Source of the DNA: Candidatus Kuenenia stuttgartensis
GTDB lineage: Bacteria; Planctomycetota; Brocadiia; Brocadiales; Brocadiaceae
NCBI RefSeq assembly: GCF_900232105.1
Contig: NZ_LT934425.1
Coordinates: 1,740,001-1,772,000 of the forward strand
Direction of reading: 5' to 3'
Length of the DNA: 32,000 nt
A program made the translations under genes and the position numbers. The notes under the pieces are model-generated. The model saw only the letters and a list, made by a program, of their open reading frames with translations, was not told the DNA's origin and searched no databases. Positions 17,960 through 27,438 of this stretch are shown piece by piece; within the stretch, counting starts at the first letter, position 1, and the number at the start of each line of letters is the position of its first letter.

Positions 17960-19636
17960 TTAGAATGTAACAGTTGTTTGTAAATAGCCCCAATGTGTAT
18001 CAAAATCACCGGCGTTCTTCTCGATCCAGTCCTCAGCGCCGAACCATGAATATCCAGCAAGGATACCTACATTTTTATACAATTGATAGCTTACCGTAAA
18101 ATCAACCTCCTGCGCCAGATTGTCATCGTTAGAATAACCGCCGGCTGGACGTGCAGCAACAAGACCGGCAGCTGCGTTATACCAACCATCTTCTTCCTCG
18201 GCCAGCAGGAAGTAGTGATAATCCACCTGCATCATTAATTTATCGGTTGGGTTAACCTTTAAACTAGGCCTGAAGTCATGCATATTCTGCCATGAAACCA
18301 AATCGATAAAACCGTAGTTGCCCTGCATGTGGTTTGTGGGATAGAGATTATCAAAGGTCTCGTGATCCCCATCTGTTGGATCATCGTCACCCGAAGCAAA
18401 GGCATATTCAAACCCTATGCGAGGAGTCCATGCCACATCCTTAAAGGTATATCCAACCCTGCCTGCAAATGCCCATGCCTCATGGTCAAGATCACCGACA
18501 TCACCGGTCTGACCGTGGGATTCCAATGTATAATCTACGGCATCCATGTTTGGCAATTTACCGTCAATCCTTACGCCGAAATCATGAATAATGGTGTTTC
18601 CCTTCCCAGCCCCTGTATGAGCACTAACAGCAGCGGTTTCGTCCTGATTATTCTTTTGTATATACATAAGCTCAATCAAAGCACCCGGCAAGAGCTTTTT
18701 AAACGATAACATACCAGCATATACATTTTCATCAGAATTCCCGCTGCCATCCACGGCGTAGGAAAGGTAACCATCCTCATCTACTCTCATTGCGAAGGCT
18801 TCTGCATGGATAGCATCCGTATCCCACATAACCCTGCCGCCATCAAATACACGCCCCTGATTAGACCAGACTAAGTTACCGATAACCCTGTGATCGCCCC
18901 AGATAATTTCCTGGCGTCCCACTCTTACCGTTAACGGAAGGTCGAAAAGATTCTTTAGGTCAAAATAACCCTGGTGGATATCGATACGGTTATTTGCCCC
19001 ATCAGTGGCAAATCCAACAGTCGTACCTTCCACACCAAAAGCCCTGGAATCCTGAAGCTGGATAAATATCCTGAGATGCTCGTTTACATCCGCATCTGCC
19101 CATAGCCTAGTCTGGTTTAACACGTAATCATCATCTATAGACGATTTGGGTCTTGTCCCTGTAGCAGCACCACCAACTGGTATGGTAGGAGGGTTAAAAC
19201 CAGGTAATGTCACATCCCCTGGAAAACTGTAGTAACCATTAGCATATTCCGCCCTGGTCCTGATCGACCCACCCAGTGTTACCTTCTTTGCAAATTCTGA
19301 ATAAACATTTCCTGCAATATCCTCCGCTTTTAGCTCTTCTGCCTGTGCTGCGGTCTGAAACTCTCCTTTTAAGAAGTTTACTTCGCTCCTTAACGCCTCT
19401 AATTCTCCTTTTTCGCTTTCGCCCAAAGGAGCAGACGAAACAGCTTGGCCACCCCTTACTGTTTCTATTTGTTCCGTCAAGTTAGAAACAGAGGCCCTCA
19501 AGGCATTCAATTCTCTTTCCATGTCTTCCAGCGAGGAAGAACCAGCCCCATGCGCAAAGGGAGCAGCCGCAAAACAGAAGACAGCAGCAGCTACGCCACT
19601 AAAACACGTCTTCAAAAATTTATTTCTCATATACAC
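17960..19636 (-). CDS. Outer-membrane porin (alginate-export-like beta-barrel) with N-terminal coiled coil
   Basis: Signal peptide ...CFSGVAAAVFCFAAAPFAHGA; coiled-coil LEDMERELNALRASVSNLTEQIE; barrel motifs TRLWADADVNEHLRIFIQLQDSRAFG, GVRIDGKLPNMDAVDYTLESHGQ, C-terminal aromatic WGYLQTTVTF. Confidence 0.85.
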   Translation of the reverse strand: MYMRNKFLKTCFSGVAAAVFCFAAAPFAHGAGSSSLEDMERELNALRASVSNLTEQIETVRGGQAVSSAPLGESEKGELEALRSEVNFLKGEFQTAAQAEELKAEDIAGNVYSEFAKKVTLGGSIRTRAEYANGYYSFPGDVTLPGFNPPTIPVGGAATGTRPKSSIDDDYVLNQTRLWADADVNEHLRIFIQLQDSRAFGVEGTTVGFATDGANNRIDIHQGYFDLKNLFDLPLTVRVGRQEIIWGDHRVIGNLVWSNQGRVFDGGRVMWDTDAIHAEAFAMRVDEDGYLSYAVDGSGNSDENVYAGMLSFKKLLPGALIELMYIQKNNQDETAAVSAHTGAGKGNTIIHDFGVRIDGKLPNMDAVDYTLESHGQTGDVGDLDHEAWAFAGRVGYTFKDVAWTPRIGFEYAFASGDDDPTDGDHETFDNLYPTNHMQGNYGFIDLVSWQNMHDFRPSLKVNPTDKLMMQVDYHYFLLAEEEDGWYNAAAGLVAARPAGGYSNDDNLAQEVDFTVSYQLYKNVGILAGYSWFGAEDWIEKNAGDFDTHWGYLQTTVTF

Positions 19637-20526
19637 CTCCCAATCATTAATAAACAGACCTCAAACTAAAACAGAATCACAACTAAATACACAAACAAAA
19701 TTTAAAACCCGTATGTTAACGTAACCTTATAATATAACGCCTCCTTTCTCCTCCTCCTAGATTTGTTATACTCTCTAAAAAATTTAGCCGAACAAACAGC
19801 TACATGGCTAAGCGATAAAGATAACCTTGACGGAAACCATTGTAGCCTCAATTCTCAAATTGTCAAACAATTTTTTGCACATAGTATACATATCGCACCT
19901 GAATACTGGCGGACCATTCATGAAACTGCAATTACATTTGGCAGTAATAAAGCATTACACATCCCCTCCGGTTGCTATTTCTGGTGAAGTAAAGGACACA
20001 TAAGATACCTCAATCTTACCGATTACAATAACAAGCGCAGACCATTTCTTACCACAAATACTTTAATGCTTATAATAAAAAGGGAATACCTCACATCAAA
20101 ATCAAACGACTTGTATATAGCAAGCAAGAGAGAACATTTGAAGCCACATATCCGAACATAACCCCTTTAACGTTCGACCCGTTTTTGGATGACAGCCTCT
20201 TAATTTGCTTAGTTCAATCGGGACGCCAGAATTTGTCAGTACATCAAAAATCCAAAGATTCATTATACGTCACAAATCGCAAGCCAAATGTTACATTTTA
20301 CGAAAAACGCCTTTATAATACACTGTAATATTAAAGAGACAGGCGATAGGGCAACATGCCCATCACTACAAAGCAATTTATTGAATACTTGTACAAGCGG
20401 AGATGGTCTTTTCAAACCTAAATAAGCCGTTGCAAAGTGAAATACACTTTCCGAATTACGATTTTACTCTTAACCAAAGAACCACTTAACGCGCTTTTCA
20501 GAAAGTCCTTTTTTTTAAATTTTTTG

Positions 20527-20554
20527 TTGACTCCCAAAGACCTGCCCTTATAAT
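20527..20554 (+). promoter_or_regulatory. Predicted sigma70 promoter for the SPFH gene pair
   Basis: TTGACT-N16-TATAAT, about 93 nt upstream of the first SPFH ATG. Confidence 0.55.
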
Positions 20555-20646
20555 TATACACTTTGCAGCAAATCAATGCAACATTCGCTTAAATAGCTTA
20601 ACAACAATAAATTAAATAGCTTTTCGTTAAAAAGGTACTCTTTACT

Positions 20647-21831
20647 ATGGACAAAGACTTCAAACCAAAAAGTAAAAAATTCCACCTCTACAGGAAGACT
20701 TTTGTATCGGTACTTGTTCTGGCTTTTATCGCTGGAGGTATTTACGGCGGCAAAGAGCTAAGCTGGAAAGAACTTGCGCCAGACGAAGTAGCCGTAATCG
20801 TAAACAATTTAACTGGCAGCATAAAGCAAATTAATCGTGCAGGTGCGATTGTTTATTACCCTTTTATTCAGGATATTTATATATTAGACAAGCGTGAGCT
20901 GGTATTGAAGATGACGGCCGCTGAGATCAATGAAAAGCAACCACAGGGAAACCCTCTTATAATAAAAACTATTGACGGTGGTGAAGTTGTGTTGGATTTA
21001 CAGATACAATATATCCTGAATCCGGAGTACGCTTCACACATAATTCAAAACACCGGCATTGGCGATGTTTACAAACAAAAATGGGTTTATGATTATGCAC
21101 GCACCATTTGTTATTACTGTTACGGAGAGCTAGGTATAGATGAATTCCCAAGCGCTTCAAAACGCGATGCAAAAGCAGACAAAGCACGACTCGAAATTAA
21201 TACTTTTTTAGAGCCGCATGGTTTTTTTCTTACTTCGATAAACCTCACAGATTATCGCTACTATAGAGAATACGCCGAAAAAATACAAGAGAGACGATTG
21301 GCTGACAAAGAAGTGGAAGAACAAAAAACCAGGGCAAAGGCGGCAATGGAAAACCAGAGGAGGGTAATCGTCGAAGAGACAAAAAAGAAAGAGGTGCGTG
21401 TGGCCAGATTCAGGGGTGATTGTGATAAAAGAATCATGGATGCAAGAGGTACTGCAGAGGCCAAGAAACAAGAGGCGGAAGCTTATTTAATAAAAGCAAC
21501 ATTTGAGGCAGAAGCCGATTTTGAGCGCTTGTCACAGGAAGCGCATGCCGTACTTGTAACGGTGAAGTCAGAGGCCGAAGGACTTGCCGCGTTAAGGGAC
21601 GCTTTTGAAGGAAACGGAAGCCGCAATCTGGTCAGACTTGAATATGCAAAACGTCTGAAAAATGCCATTGTACGCGGTGTTCCGATTGTCAGAAGCGGGA
21701 TCGAAGTACCGCAATCGATACAACGTTTCAAGTATATCGAAGACGCTCCCAAGATTGATTACTCACGCCCGGAACCTCCAGACGCGCCGATGGTTAGCCC
21801 GATGCAACCAGGTCCTCAAAAATCAGATTAA
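20647..21831 (+). CDS. SPFH/Band 7 (HflK/HflC-like) membrane protein
   Basis: N-terminal TM helix, then ELAPDEVAVIVNNLTGSIKQINRAGAIVYYPFIQDIYILDKRELVLKM...IKTIDGGEVVLDLQIQYILNPEY, C-terminal Ala/Glu-rich coiled coil. Confidence 0.85.
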   Translation: MDKDFKPKSKKFHLYRKTFVSVLVLAFIAGGIYGGKELSWKELAPDEVAVIVNNLTGSIKQINRAGAIVYYPFIQDIYILDKRELVLKMTAAEINEKQPQGNPLIIKTIDGGEVVLDLQIQYILNPEYASHIIQNTGIGDVYKQKWVYDYARTICYYCYGELGIDEFPSASKRDAKADKARLEINTFLEPHGFFLTSINLTDYRYYREYAEKIQERRLADKEVEEQKTRAKAAMENQRRVIVEETKKKEVRVARFRGDCDKRIMDARGTAEAKKQEAEAYLIKATFEAEADFERLSQEAHAVLVTVKSEAEGLAALRDAFEGNGSRNLVRLEYAKRLKNAIVRGVPIVRSGIEVPQSIQRFKYIEDAPKIDYSRPEPPDAPMVSPMQPGPQKSD

Positions 21832-21916
21832 TGGCCGCTGTAACGGTCAATAGACACTTTTTACTGCGTATTGATATCATAATTTAACGACTCATTTTTA
21901 GAATGTAGAGGCAAAA

Positions 21917-23152
21917 ATGCACCTGGGAAAATTGACGGCAAAATATATCATTCCTATTGCGGTACTTGCGGTTATTGCGATCTCTATCGTCAGTATTAAA
22001 TTCTTCGTCATAAAGGTTGGCGCTGATCAGGTGGGAGTGAGAACCCGTGTTTGGGGTGTAAGCAGGGGTATTGTGCAAAAGGATTATGGACCTGGCTGGC
22101 ACAGGGCGATTTCGACAATAGACCAGTGGGACCTCTATGATATCACAGTGCAAACACTGGAAATGGCAAAGGAAAATTCGGGATTAGGGCACGATGAGAG
22201 AAAGCACGTTGCGATAAGAACCGCAGATGACTACGATGTGGAGGTTGATTTGGTTATTAAATACCAAATAAAAAGAGGTTCTGCCTGGAAACTCCGACAA
22301 GATCTTGGTGTCGGGGAGAGGTACAAGATAATCGTCGAGAATGAAACAAGAGACGTTGCACGTAGTGTCTTTGGAAAAATGGTGGAAAGAGATTTATACA
22401 ACCCTGAAGAAAAACGCAAAAGAGCGGAAGAATGCAGAACAAGACTCAGGGAGCGCTTAGAGTCACGATACATAGAAATTATAGATGTTTTGATTTTAGA
22501 ATTCCGGTTTGACCAGCAGCTAGACCGCAAAATTAAGAATATCAAGGTTGCGGAATTAGACTACGTATTGAATCAGTCAAAAGCATTGGCCGCGGAACAA
22601 AGAGGTATTACTCAAACAATCGAGGCTGACACGGAAGCCGTAGCACAGAAAATCTCCGCCGATAAAGAACGAGAGGTTACCGTTTTGGATGCTGAGACTA
22701 CAAAAATGGTAATTGAATATCTTGCAGAGGCGGACAAATATCTTATTGAAAAAAGGGCAGAGGGGGACAAATACAAACAGCAGCGAAAAGCGGAGGGGGA
22801 ATTGTTGATTAAATTGGCTAGGGCTGAAGGGGAAAAATTGAGACGAGAGGCCATTAAAGGATTTGGCGGTGACATTATAGTTGCAATGGAGGCAGCAAGA
22901 AATTTCAATCTTGCAGATATAAATGTTTCTACCATGGATCTGAATTTGCTAAATGTTGATGAGATGGCAACACGGCTTGGAGTTTCAGATGAAAGGGGCA
23001 AAATTCAAGTAGACACGACAACATTTGAAGAAATAAAGCAACTGTTGAAAATGACAAAAGAAGGTGTGGGCAAGTTAGACCCAAAGAGTGAGCAATGGTT
23101 GAAAGACTTTGAAAAAAGTAGAGAAAATGCGACTCTAAAGTTTGGAAATTAG
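21917..23152 (+). CDS. SPFH/Band 7 (HflK/HflC-like) membrane protein, second of tandem pair
   Basis: IIPIAVLAVIAISIVSIKFFVIKVGADQVGVRTRVWGVSRGIVQKDYGPGWHRAISTIDQWDLYDITVQTLEM; coiled coil ADKEREVTVLDAETTKMVIEYLAEADKYLIEKRAEGDKYKQQRKAEGELLIKLARAEGEKL. Confidence 0.87.
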   Translation: MHLGKLTAKYIIPIAVLAVIAISIVSIKFFVIKVGADQVGVRTRVWGVSRGIVQKDYGPGWHRAISTIDQWDLYDITVQTLEMAKENSGLGHDERKHVAIRTADDYDVEVDLVIKYQIKRGSAWKLRQDLGVGERYKIIVENETRDVARSVFGKMVERDLYNPEEKRKRAEECRTRLRERLESRYIEIIDVLILEFRFDQQLDRKIKNIKVAELDYVLNQSKALAAEQRGITQTIEADTEAVAQKISADKEREVTVLDAETTKMVIEYLAEADKYLIEKRAEGDKYKQQRKAEGELLIKLARAEGEKLRREAIKGFGGDIIVAMEAARNFNLADINVSTMDLNLLNVDEMATRLGVSDERGKIQVDTTTFEEIKQLLKMTKEGVGKLDPKSEQWLKDFEKSRENATLKFGN

Positions 23153-23251
23153 CTTAATATAGCCAATCAAATCTGATTTTAGAAATTTGGCGATAAAATG
23201 ACTTTCTGAAAAATAGATTTATTTGACTAAGCATACTATCAAACAACTCCT

Positions 23252-23277
23252 AAATCTCCTCTTGATAGAGGGGATTT
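23252..23277. other. Hairpin AAATCTCCTCT-TGAT-AGAGGGGATTT downstream of the SPFH genes
   Basis: 11-bp stem with one G-U pair; no T-run, but a partial third copy (AATCTCCCCT) follows directly. Confidence 0.45.
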
Positions 23278-23567
23278 CTAATCTCCCCTATAAAAGCCGA
23301 GGGTGTATAAATTTTTCGAAAAACCTTATTTGTTTGATAATAAATATATGCGTAATGCATTTACTTTTATCGTATAAGTATGATTAATACAAATTTTTTG
23401 CGGGTATTTTCCCACTATTATTTAATACGCTGAAAATAAGTACTTTAGCAATTCAAATTTTTTTTGTAATAAATTTATAATTTATTAAGTACCAATTTAG
23501 CAATAACTTAAATACTGTGAACCGTTACGCTTTGCGATCTACTATATAATAGTTCAAGTTTTTGTAA

Positions 23568-24359
23568 TTACTCTACGGATTTTGCGCAGCGAAAACCAAT
23601 CTGTGGTGTTTCTGCATGGGGAAGGACACGATACCTTGCTGCACATCGGGCGAAGTGTCCGAAATAATGCCAGCTACCTCCACGAATAACTTTTTGTTGC
23701 CCAGATTCCGGACCCTTTGGGTTTTCACGAGGAAAAGAATAATAGTAATTTTGATCATACCAATCAGTACACCATTCCCAGACATTACCCGACATATCAT
23801 AGCAACCGTAGGGGCTTTTGCCCTGTTTATAACTTCCGACAGGAGATGTCTGCATTTTCTTTGTTTCCCAAACATTGCATCTTTCCGCATCAAATATCTC
23901 ATTCCCCCAAGGCCACAAACGCCTGTCACTGCCACGCGCTGCTTTTTCCCACTCTGCCTCTGTAGGCAAACGTTTGCCGGCCCACTCTGCGTAAGCAACC
24001 GCATCCTCCCATCTGACGCCAACAACAGGCTTGTCCGGAGTATTAAACCTTTCATCAAACCAGCAGTACGGAATACGATGCCCTGTTTCTTCTATAAATT
24101 TTGCATACTGTTCGTTTGTTACCTCATATTTATCAATGTAATAGCTGTCCAGATACACAATATGCTCCGGCCCATCATATATGTTAAATGCCAACATAAA
24201 CGTCCAATCGTAATATTTATCTTCCCCCATATAGAACTCACCCGCAGGGACATAAACCATACCCGGATACTGTTCGCCTTCTTCCGCAGCAAGTAATCCT
24301 TTTAAAAAAAATACCATAACAAAAGCGAACAAAACAATCCATCTTTTGACAATCCACAT
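23568..24359 (-). CDS. SUMF1/formylglycine-generating-enzyme-like domain protein, exported or membrane-anchored
   Basis: MVYVPAGEFYMGED...YYIDKYEVTNEQYAKFIEETG...PVVGVRWEDAVAYAEWAGKRLPTEAEWEKAARG...WPWGNE...SGNVWEWCTDWY...KVIRGGSW...GFRCAKS. Confidence 0.92.
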   Translation of the reverse strand: MWIVKRWIVLFAFVMVFFLKGLLAAEEGEQYPGMVYVPAGEFYMGEDKYYDWTFMLAFNIYDGPEHIVYLDSYYIDKYEVTNEQYAKFIEETGHRIPYCWFDERFNTPDKPVVGVRWEDAVAYAEWAGKRLPTEAEWEKAARGSDRRLWPWGNEIFDAERCNVWETKKMQTSPVGSYKQGKSPYGCYDMSGNVWEWCTDWYDQNYYYSFPRENPKGPESGQQKVIRGGSWHYFGHFARCAARYRVLPHAETPQIGFRCAKSVE

Positions 24360-24360
24360 A

Positions 24361-25434
24361 TCAGTATCTCCTCTTCGCCAACACCTCGTACCTTGCAATA
24401 TCTACCGGCGAATAACCGGTAATAATTTCGTTAAACTTTCTGATAGCTTCATTCTTAAAAGATCTTATTGAAAAATCCTGCATGAACAAAACCAAATCCT
24501 TTTTGTCGTATACCTTTATTTCAAAATTAGCAATACTTTGATCTTTTCCGGACAAATTTTTTATCTCCCCCTCGATTTGTGCGGAAGATCCAAAAGGAAG
24601 CAGTTTTACATTCCTCACATAAAACCCCTCTCCTGCCTCATTAAAACCTTCTTCTTCGGGAGACGGCTCGCGCGCAACCGGTTCTTCCTTTGCGGCCACA
24701 ACCGTTTCCGTACCTACGGCTTCAGCCACCGGCGTCACCTTGACTTCCGGAGATGCCACCACGACCGCCGCCGTAGCAGTACCAGAAGAAACAACTCCCC
24801 GTCTCTCCAAATTTTTCACCCTTCGGTCAAACTCTTCAAAAATTTTTATTTGTTGATCCAGCGCCTCTGTACGTGTTTTTATATTTACCTCTGCGGCGGC
24901 AAGGATTTTTTCCTGCTCTGCAAATTTATCGGTAACCAGTTTATTTATGTCTTCAAGCGCCTTTTTAAAAGGGGCTAATGGTGTTTCGGCTTCTTGATAT
25001 TTTTTTTCAAGAACAGTTGTTTTCACCTCCTGGTCTTCAACTCTTTTCTTTAAATCAGAAAACAGTTTTTTAAAGACATCAAATGTTTTGCCAAAAGAAT
25101 CAAGTGTATTTTTCACATCTTCAATAGAGGTCACTTGTTCCACCTTTTCCAGTCTTGAAACAATTTTATTCATTTTTCCTTCAAGATCTTTTATGATTTT
25201 GCTGGATTCTTTCAGGGGAGCGATGGTCTCCTTTACGTCTTTATTCAGTTCAGAGAACTGTGCGCTAAGGTTATCAATATTGCGCATCCAGTCCCTCAGT
25301 GATTTTTGAAAATCCGTCAGCTTATCAAAAACTTCCTGTCCGCTTGTTTGTCCTATAGCACTTTTTTGCACAAATAAAACCACAGGTAAATATATAAATA
25401 CCAGCAAAACAGCAATATAAACCCAGTGCTTCAT
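24361..25434 (-). CDS. Membrane-anchored coiled-coil protein, hypothetical
   Basis: N-terminal TM (YIAVLLVFIYLPVVLFV), long coiled coil, C-terminal globular region with FGSSAQIEGEIKNLSGKDQSIANFEIKVYDKKDLVL. Lies immediately upstream of the SUMF1-like gene on the same strand. Confidence 0.65.
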   Translation of the reverse strand: MKHWVYIAVLLVFIYLPVVLFVQKSAIGQTSGQEVFDKLTDFQKSLRDWMRNIDNLSAQFSELNKDVKETIAPLKESSKIIKDLEGKMNKIVSRLEKVEQVTSIEDVKNTLDSFGKTFDVFKKLFSDLKKRVEDQEVKTTVLEKKYQEAETPLAPFKKALEDINKLVTDKFAEQEKILAAAEVNIKTRTEALDQQIKIFEEFDRRVKNLERRGVVSSGTATAAVVVASPEVKVTPVAEAVGTETVVAAKEEPVAREPSPEEEGFNEAGEGFYVRNVKLLPFGSSAQIEGEIKNLSGKDQSIANFEIKVYDKKDLVLFMQDFSIRSFKNEAIRKFNEIITGYSPVDIARYEVLAKRRY

Positions 25435-25723
25435 GAATCGTACTCCAACTTGAATTGATTTCTGAATAAAAACACCGTGTAGAGTTTAACAAAAACCCCG
25501 TCTTACCGCAAATATTATCCCCTTTACTACTAAATGGTGCGAATGCGGGTCTTATTTTTAAACTATTGCATTTTTCTATGCATGAAAGTTTAAATTTGAT
25601 TTCATAGGATTAAAAGGTTATCATATTCCCGTTATTATTGCATTTGCCCTGATAAAACACAACGTAACGTCTTATATTTACATATTCGCAAAAACATTGT
25701 TATTTTTTTGGAAAGGCAGTGTC

Positions 25724-27304
25724 ATGTTAGTCTTAATCGCAGACGATCTTCCTGACGTATGTAACGAAATACTACAAAATGCCGGGGTTGAAGTTTTAAA
25801 GAAAACCGGTTTAAAACCGCCTGAATTAGATGCTGTTATAAAAATGTGCGATGGCGTTATCGTGAGAAGCAATACAAAACTCACCGCTCCTGTGCTCGAA
25901 AAAAGTGAAAAGCTGAAAGCCATTTGCCGTGCGGGCGTGGGCGTCGACAATATAGATGTTCCTGCCGCTACAAAAAAAGGCATTGTCGTCATGAATACCC
26001 CCGCAGGCAATATCATTTCAACGGCAGAACATACCATTGCCTTGCTTTGTTCTCTCTCGCGTTTCGTTCCCCAGGCATGTGCGTCGGTGAAGGAAGGGAA
26101 GTGGGAGAAAAAGAAATTTACAGGTCAGCAGCTCACCGGAAAAACATTTGGCATCATAGGACTAGGCAGGGTGGGCAGACAAGTGGCAAAACGGGCGGCT
26201 GCCTTAGAGATGAAAGTAATTGGCTATGATCCTTTTATAACCACTGAAATTTCATCACAGTATAACATACATATTGTAAAAAACCTTAGAGATCTTTTGG
26301 CACAGGCAGACTATATCACGATTCACGTTACGCTTAACAAAGAAACGAAGAACCTTATAACAAGCAAAGAATTTTCACTCATGAAGAAAGGCGTCCAAAT
26401 AATAAATTGCGCAAGAGGCGGCGTTATTTGCGAAGAAGATCTTTATAACGCCATTAAAACAGGACAGGTTGCCGGCGCGGCCCTGGACGTATTTGAAGAA
26501 GAACCTCCAAAGGATAATAAGTTACTACAACTGGAAGAGGTCATTGCGACGCCACATTTAGGAGCATCCACCGAAGAAGCGCAATATGCGGTTGCGATTG
26601 AGGCAGCGGAACAGATGGCCGCAGCCCTTACCGGAAAAGGATATAAAAACGCCGTGAACCTTTCTCCCTATAGTCCGGAAGAGTATGCCAGCCTGAAGTC
26701 CTATCTTGCCCTTGCAGAAAAAATGGGATCTTTTTTAACACAAATAAATAATGCGGGCATTCAGACATTAGATATTGTTTATACGGGAGAGATTTCTCAT
26801 AAAAATATTCGAATCGTTACCGATAGCCTTATAGTAGGGTTGCTCAAGCCGAGCCTTGAAGAAGGCGTAAATCTTGTAAGCGCTCCGACCTTGCTCGCAG
26901 AACGTGGCATCAAGGTAAATGTCACGACCAGCAGCAATGCCTGTGATTTTAGCAGTCTTGTTGCCGCAAAAATTACTACTTCAAACGGAGAAACCTGTAT
27001 TTCCGGAACCGTATTTGGCAAAAACGAACCAAGGCTGGTAGACATTAATGGTTATGGAGTTGAGGCCATTCTCAATGAACAGATACTCGTTCTGTTTGGC
27101 AGGGATAAGCCGGGTTTCATTGGACAGGTCGGCTCTCTTCTTGGCAACAAAAACATAAACATCGCACATATGACCTTCGGCAGGAAAGAAGTAGGGGGAA
27201 ACACCATCAGTATTCTAAATATAGATGCGGTGCCGCCGCAAGATTGTCTAAATGAAATTAAACAACTAAACCACATTGATGCGGCATTTTTGGTACAACT
27301 CTAA
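25724..27304 (+). CDS. serA: D-3-phosphoglycerate dehydrogenase
   Basis: RSNTKLTAPVLEKSEKLKAICRAGVGVDNIDVPAATKKGIVVMNTPAGNIISTAEH, GKTFGIIGLGRVGRQVAKRA, C-terminal ACT domain. Frame extends to 25697; the start at 25724 fits family N-termini. Confidence 0.95.
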   Translation: MLVLIADDLPDVCNEILQNAGVEVLKKTGLKPPELDAVIKMCDGVIVRSNTKLTAPVLEKSEKLKAICRAGVGVDNIDVPAATKKGIVVMNTPAGNIISTAEHTIALLCSLSRFVPQACASVKEGKWEKKKFTGQQLTGKTFGIIGLGRVGRQVAKRAAALEMKVIGYDPFITTEISSQYNIHIVKNLRDLLAQADYITIHVTLNKETKNLITSKEFSLMKKGVQIINCARGGVICEEDLYNAIKTGQVAGAALDVFEEEPPKDNKLLQLEEVIATPHLGASTEEAQYAVAIEAAEQMAAALTGKGYKNAVNLSPYSPEEYASLKSYLALAEKMGSFLTQINNAGIQTLDIVYTGEISHKNIRIVTDSLIVGLLKPSLEEGVNLVSAPTLLAERGIKVNVTTSSNACDFSSLVAAKITTSNGETCISGTVFGKNEPRLVDINGYGVEAILNEQILVLFGRDKPGFIGQVGSLLGNKNINIAHMTFGRKEVGGNTISILNIDAVPPQDCLNEIKQLNHIDAAFLVQL

Positions 27305-27331
27305 AAAAGTTTTAGAAAAATGAATAATAAG

Positions 27332-27366
27332 GGTGACACGGACAAAGCCTGCTTGTACGTGTCACC
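27332..27366. other. Strong hairpin GGTGACACGGACAA-AGCCTGC-TTGTACGTGTCACC between convergent genes
   Basis: 14-bp inverted repeat with one mismatch in the serA / ABC-2 permease convergent intergenic region. Could be a bidirectional terminator or a REP-like unit. Confidence 0.6.
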
Positions 27367-27438
27367 AACTCTACGAGGGAGAAAAATTTCGGCAGCGGCA
27401 CATTTCTTTCTTGTTAAAGATGCATCATTTCATGCAGA

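Noticed and set aside
19763-19987. 74-aa ORF (MLYSLKNLAEQTATWLSDKDNLDG...)
   Set aside because: Short, isolated, no SD or family similarity I can recognise; insufficient support as a gene.
20340-20450. Possible GEMM/cyclic-di-GMP riboswitch (GGGCAACATGCCC...ACAAAGC)
   Set aside because: Superficial similarity only; the conserved core of the class is not present and the downstream promoter at 20527 would exclude it from the SPFH mRNA.
23573-24058. 161-aa minus-strand ORF overlapping the SUMF1-like gene in another frame
   Set aside because: The alternative frame contains all SUMF1 motifs; this frame has none.
24538-24978. 146-aa plus-strand ORF opposite the coiled-coil gene
   Set aside because: Antisense to a longer ORF with coherent TM and coiled-coil composition.
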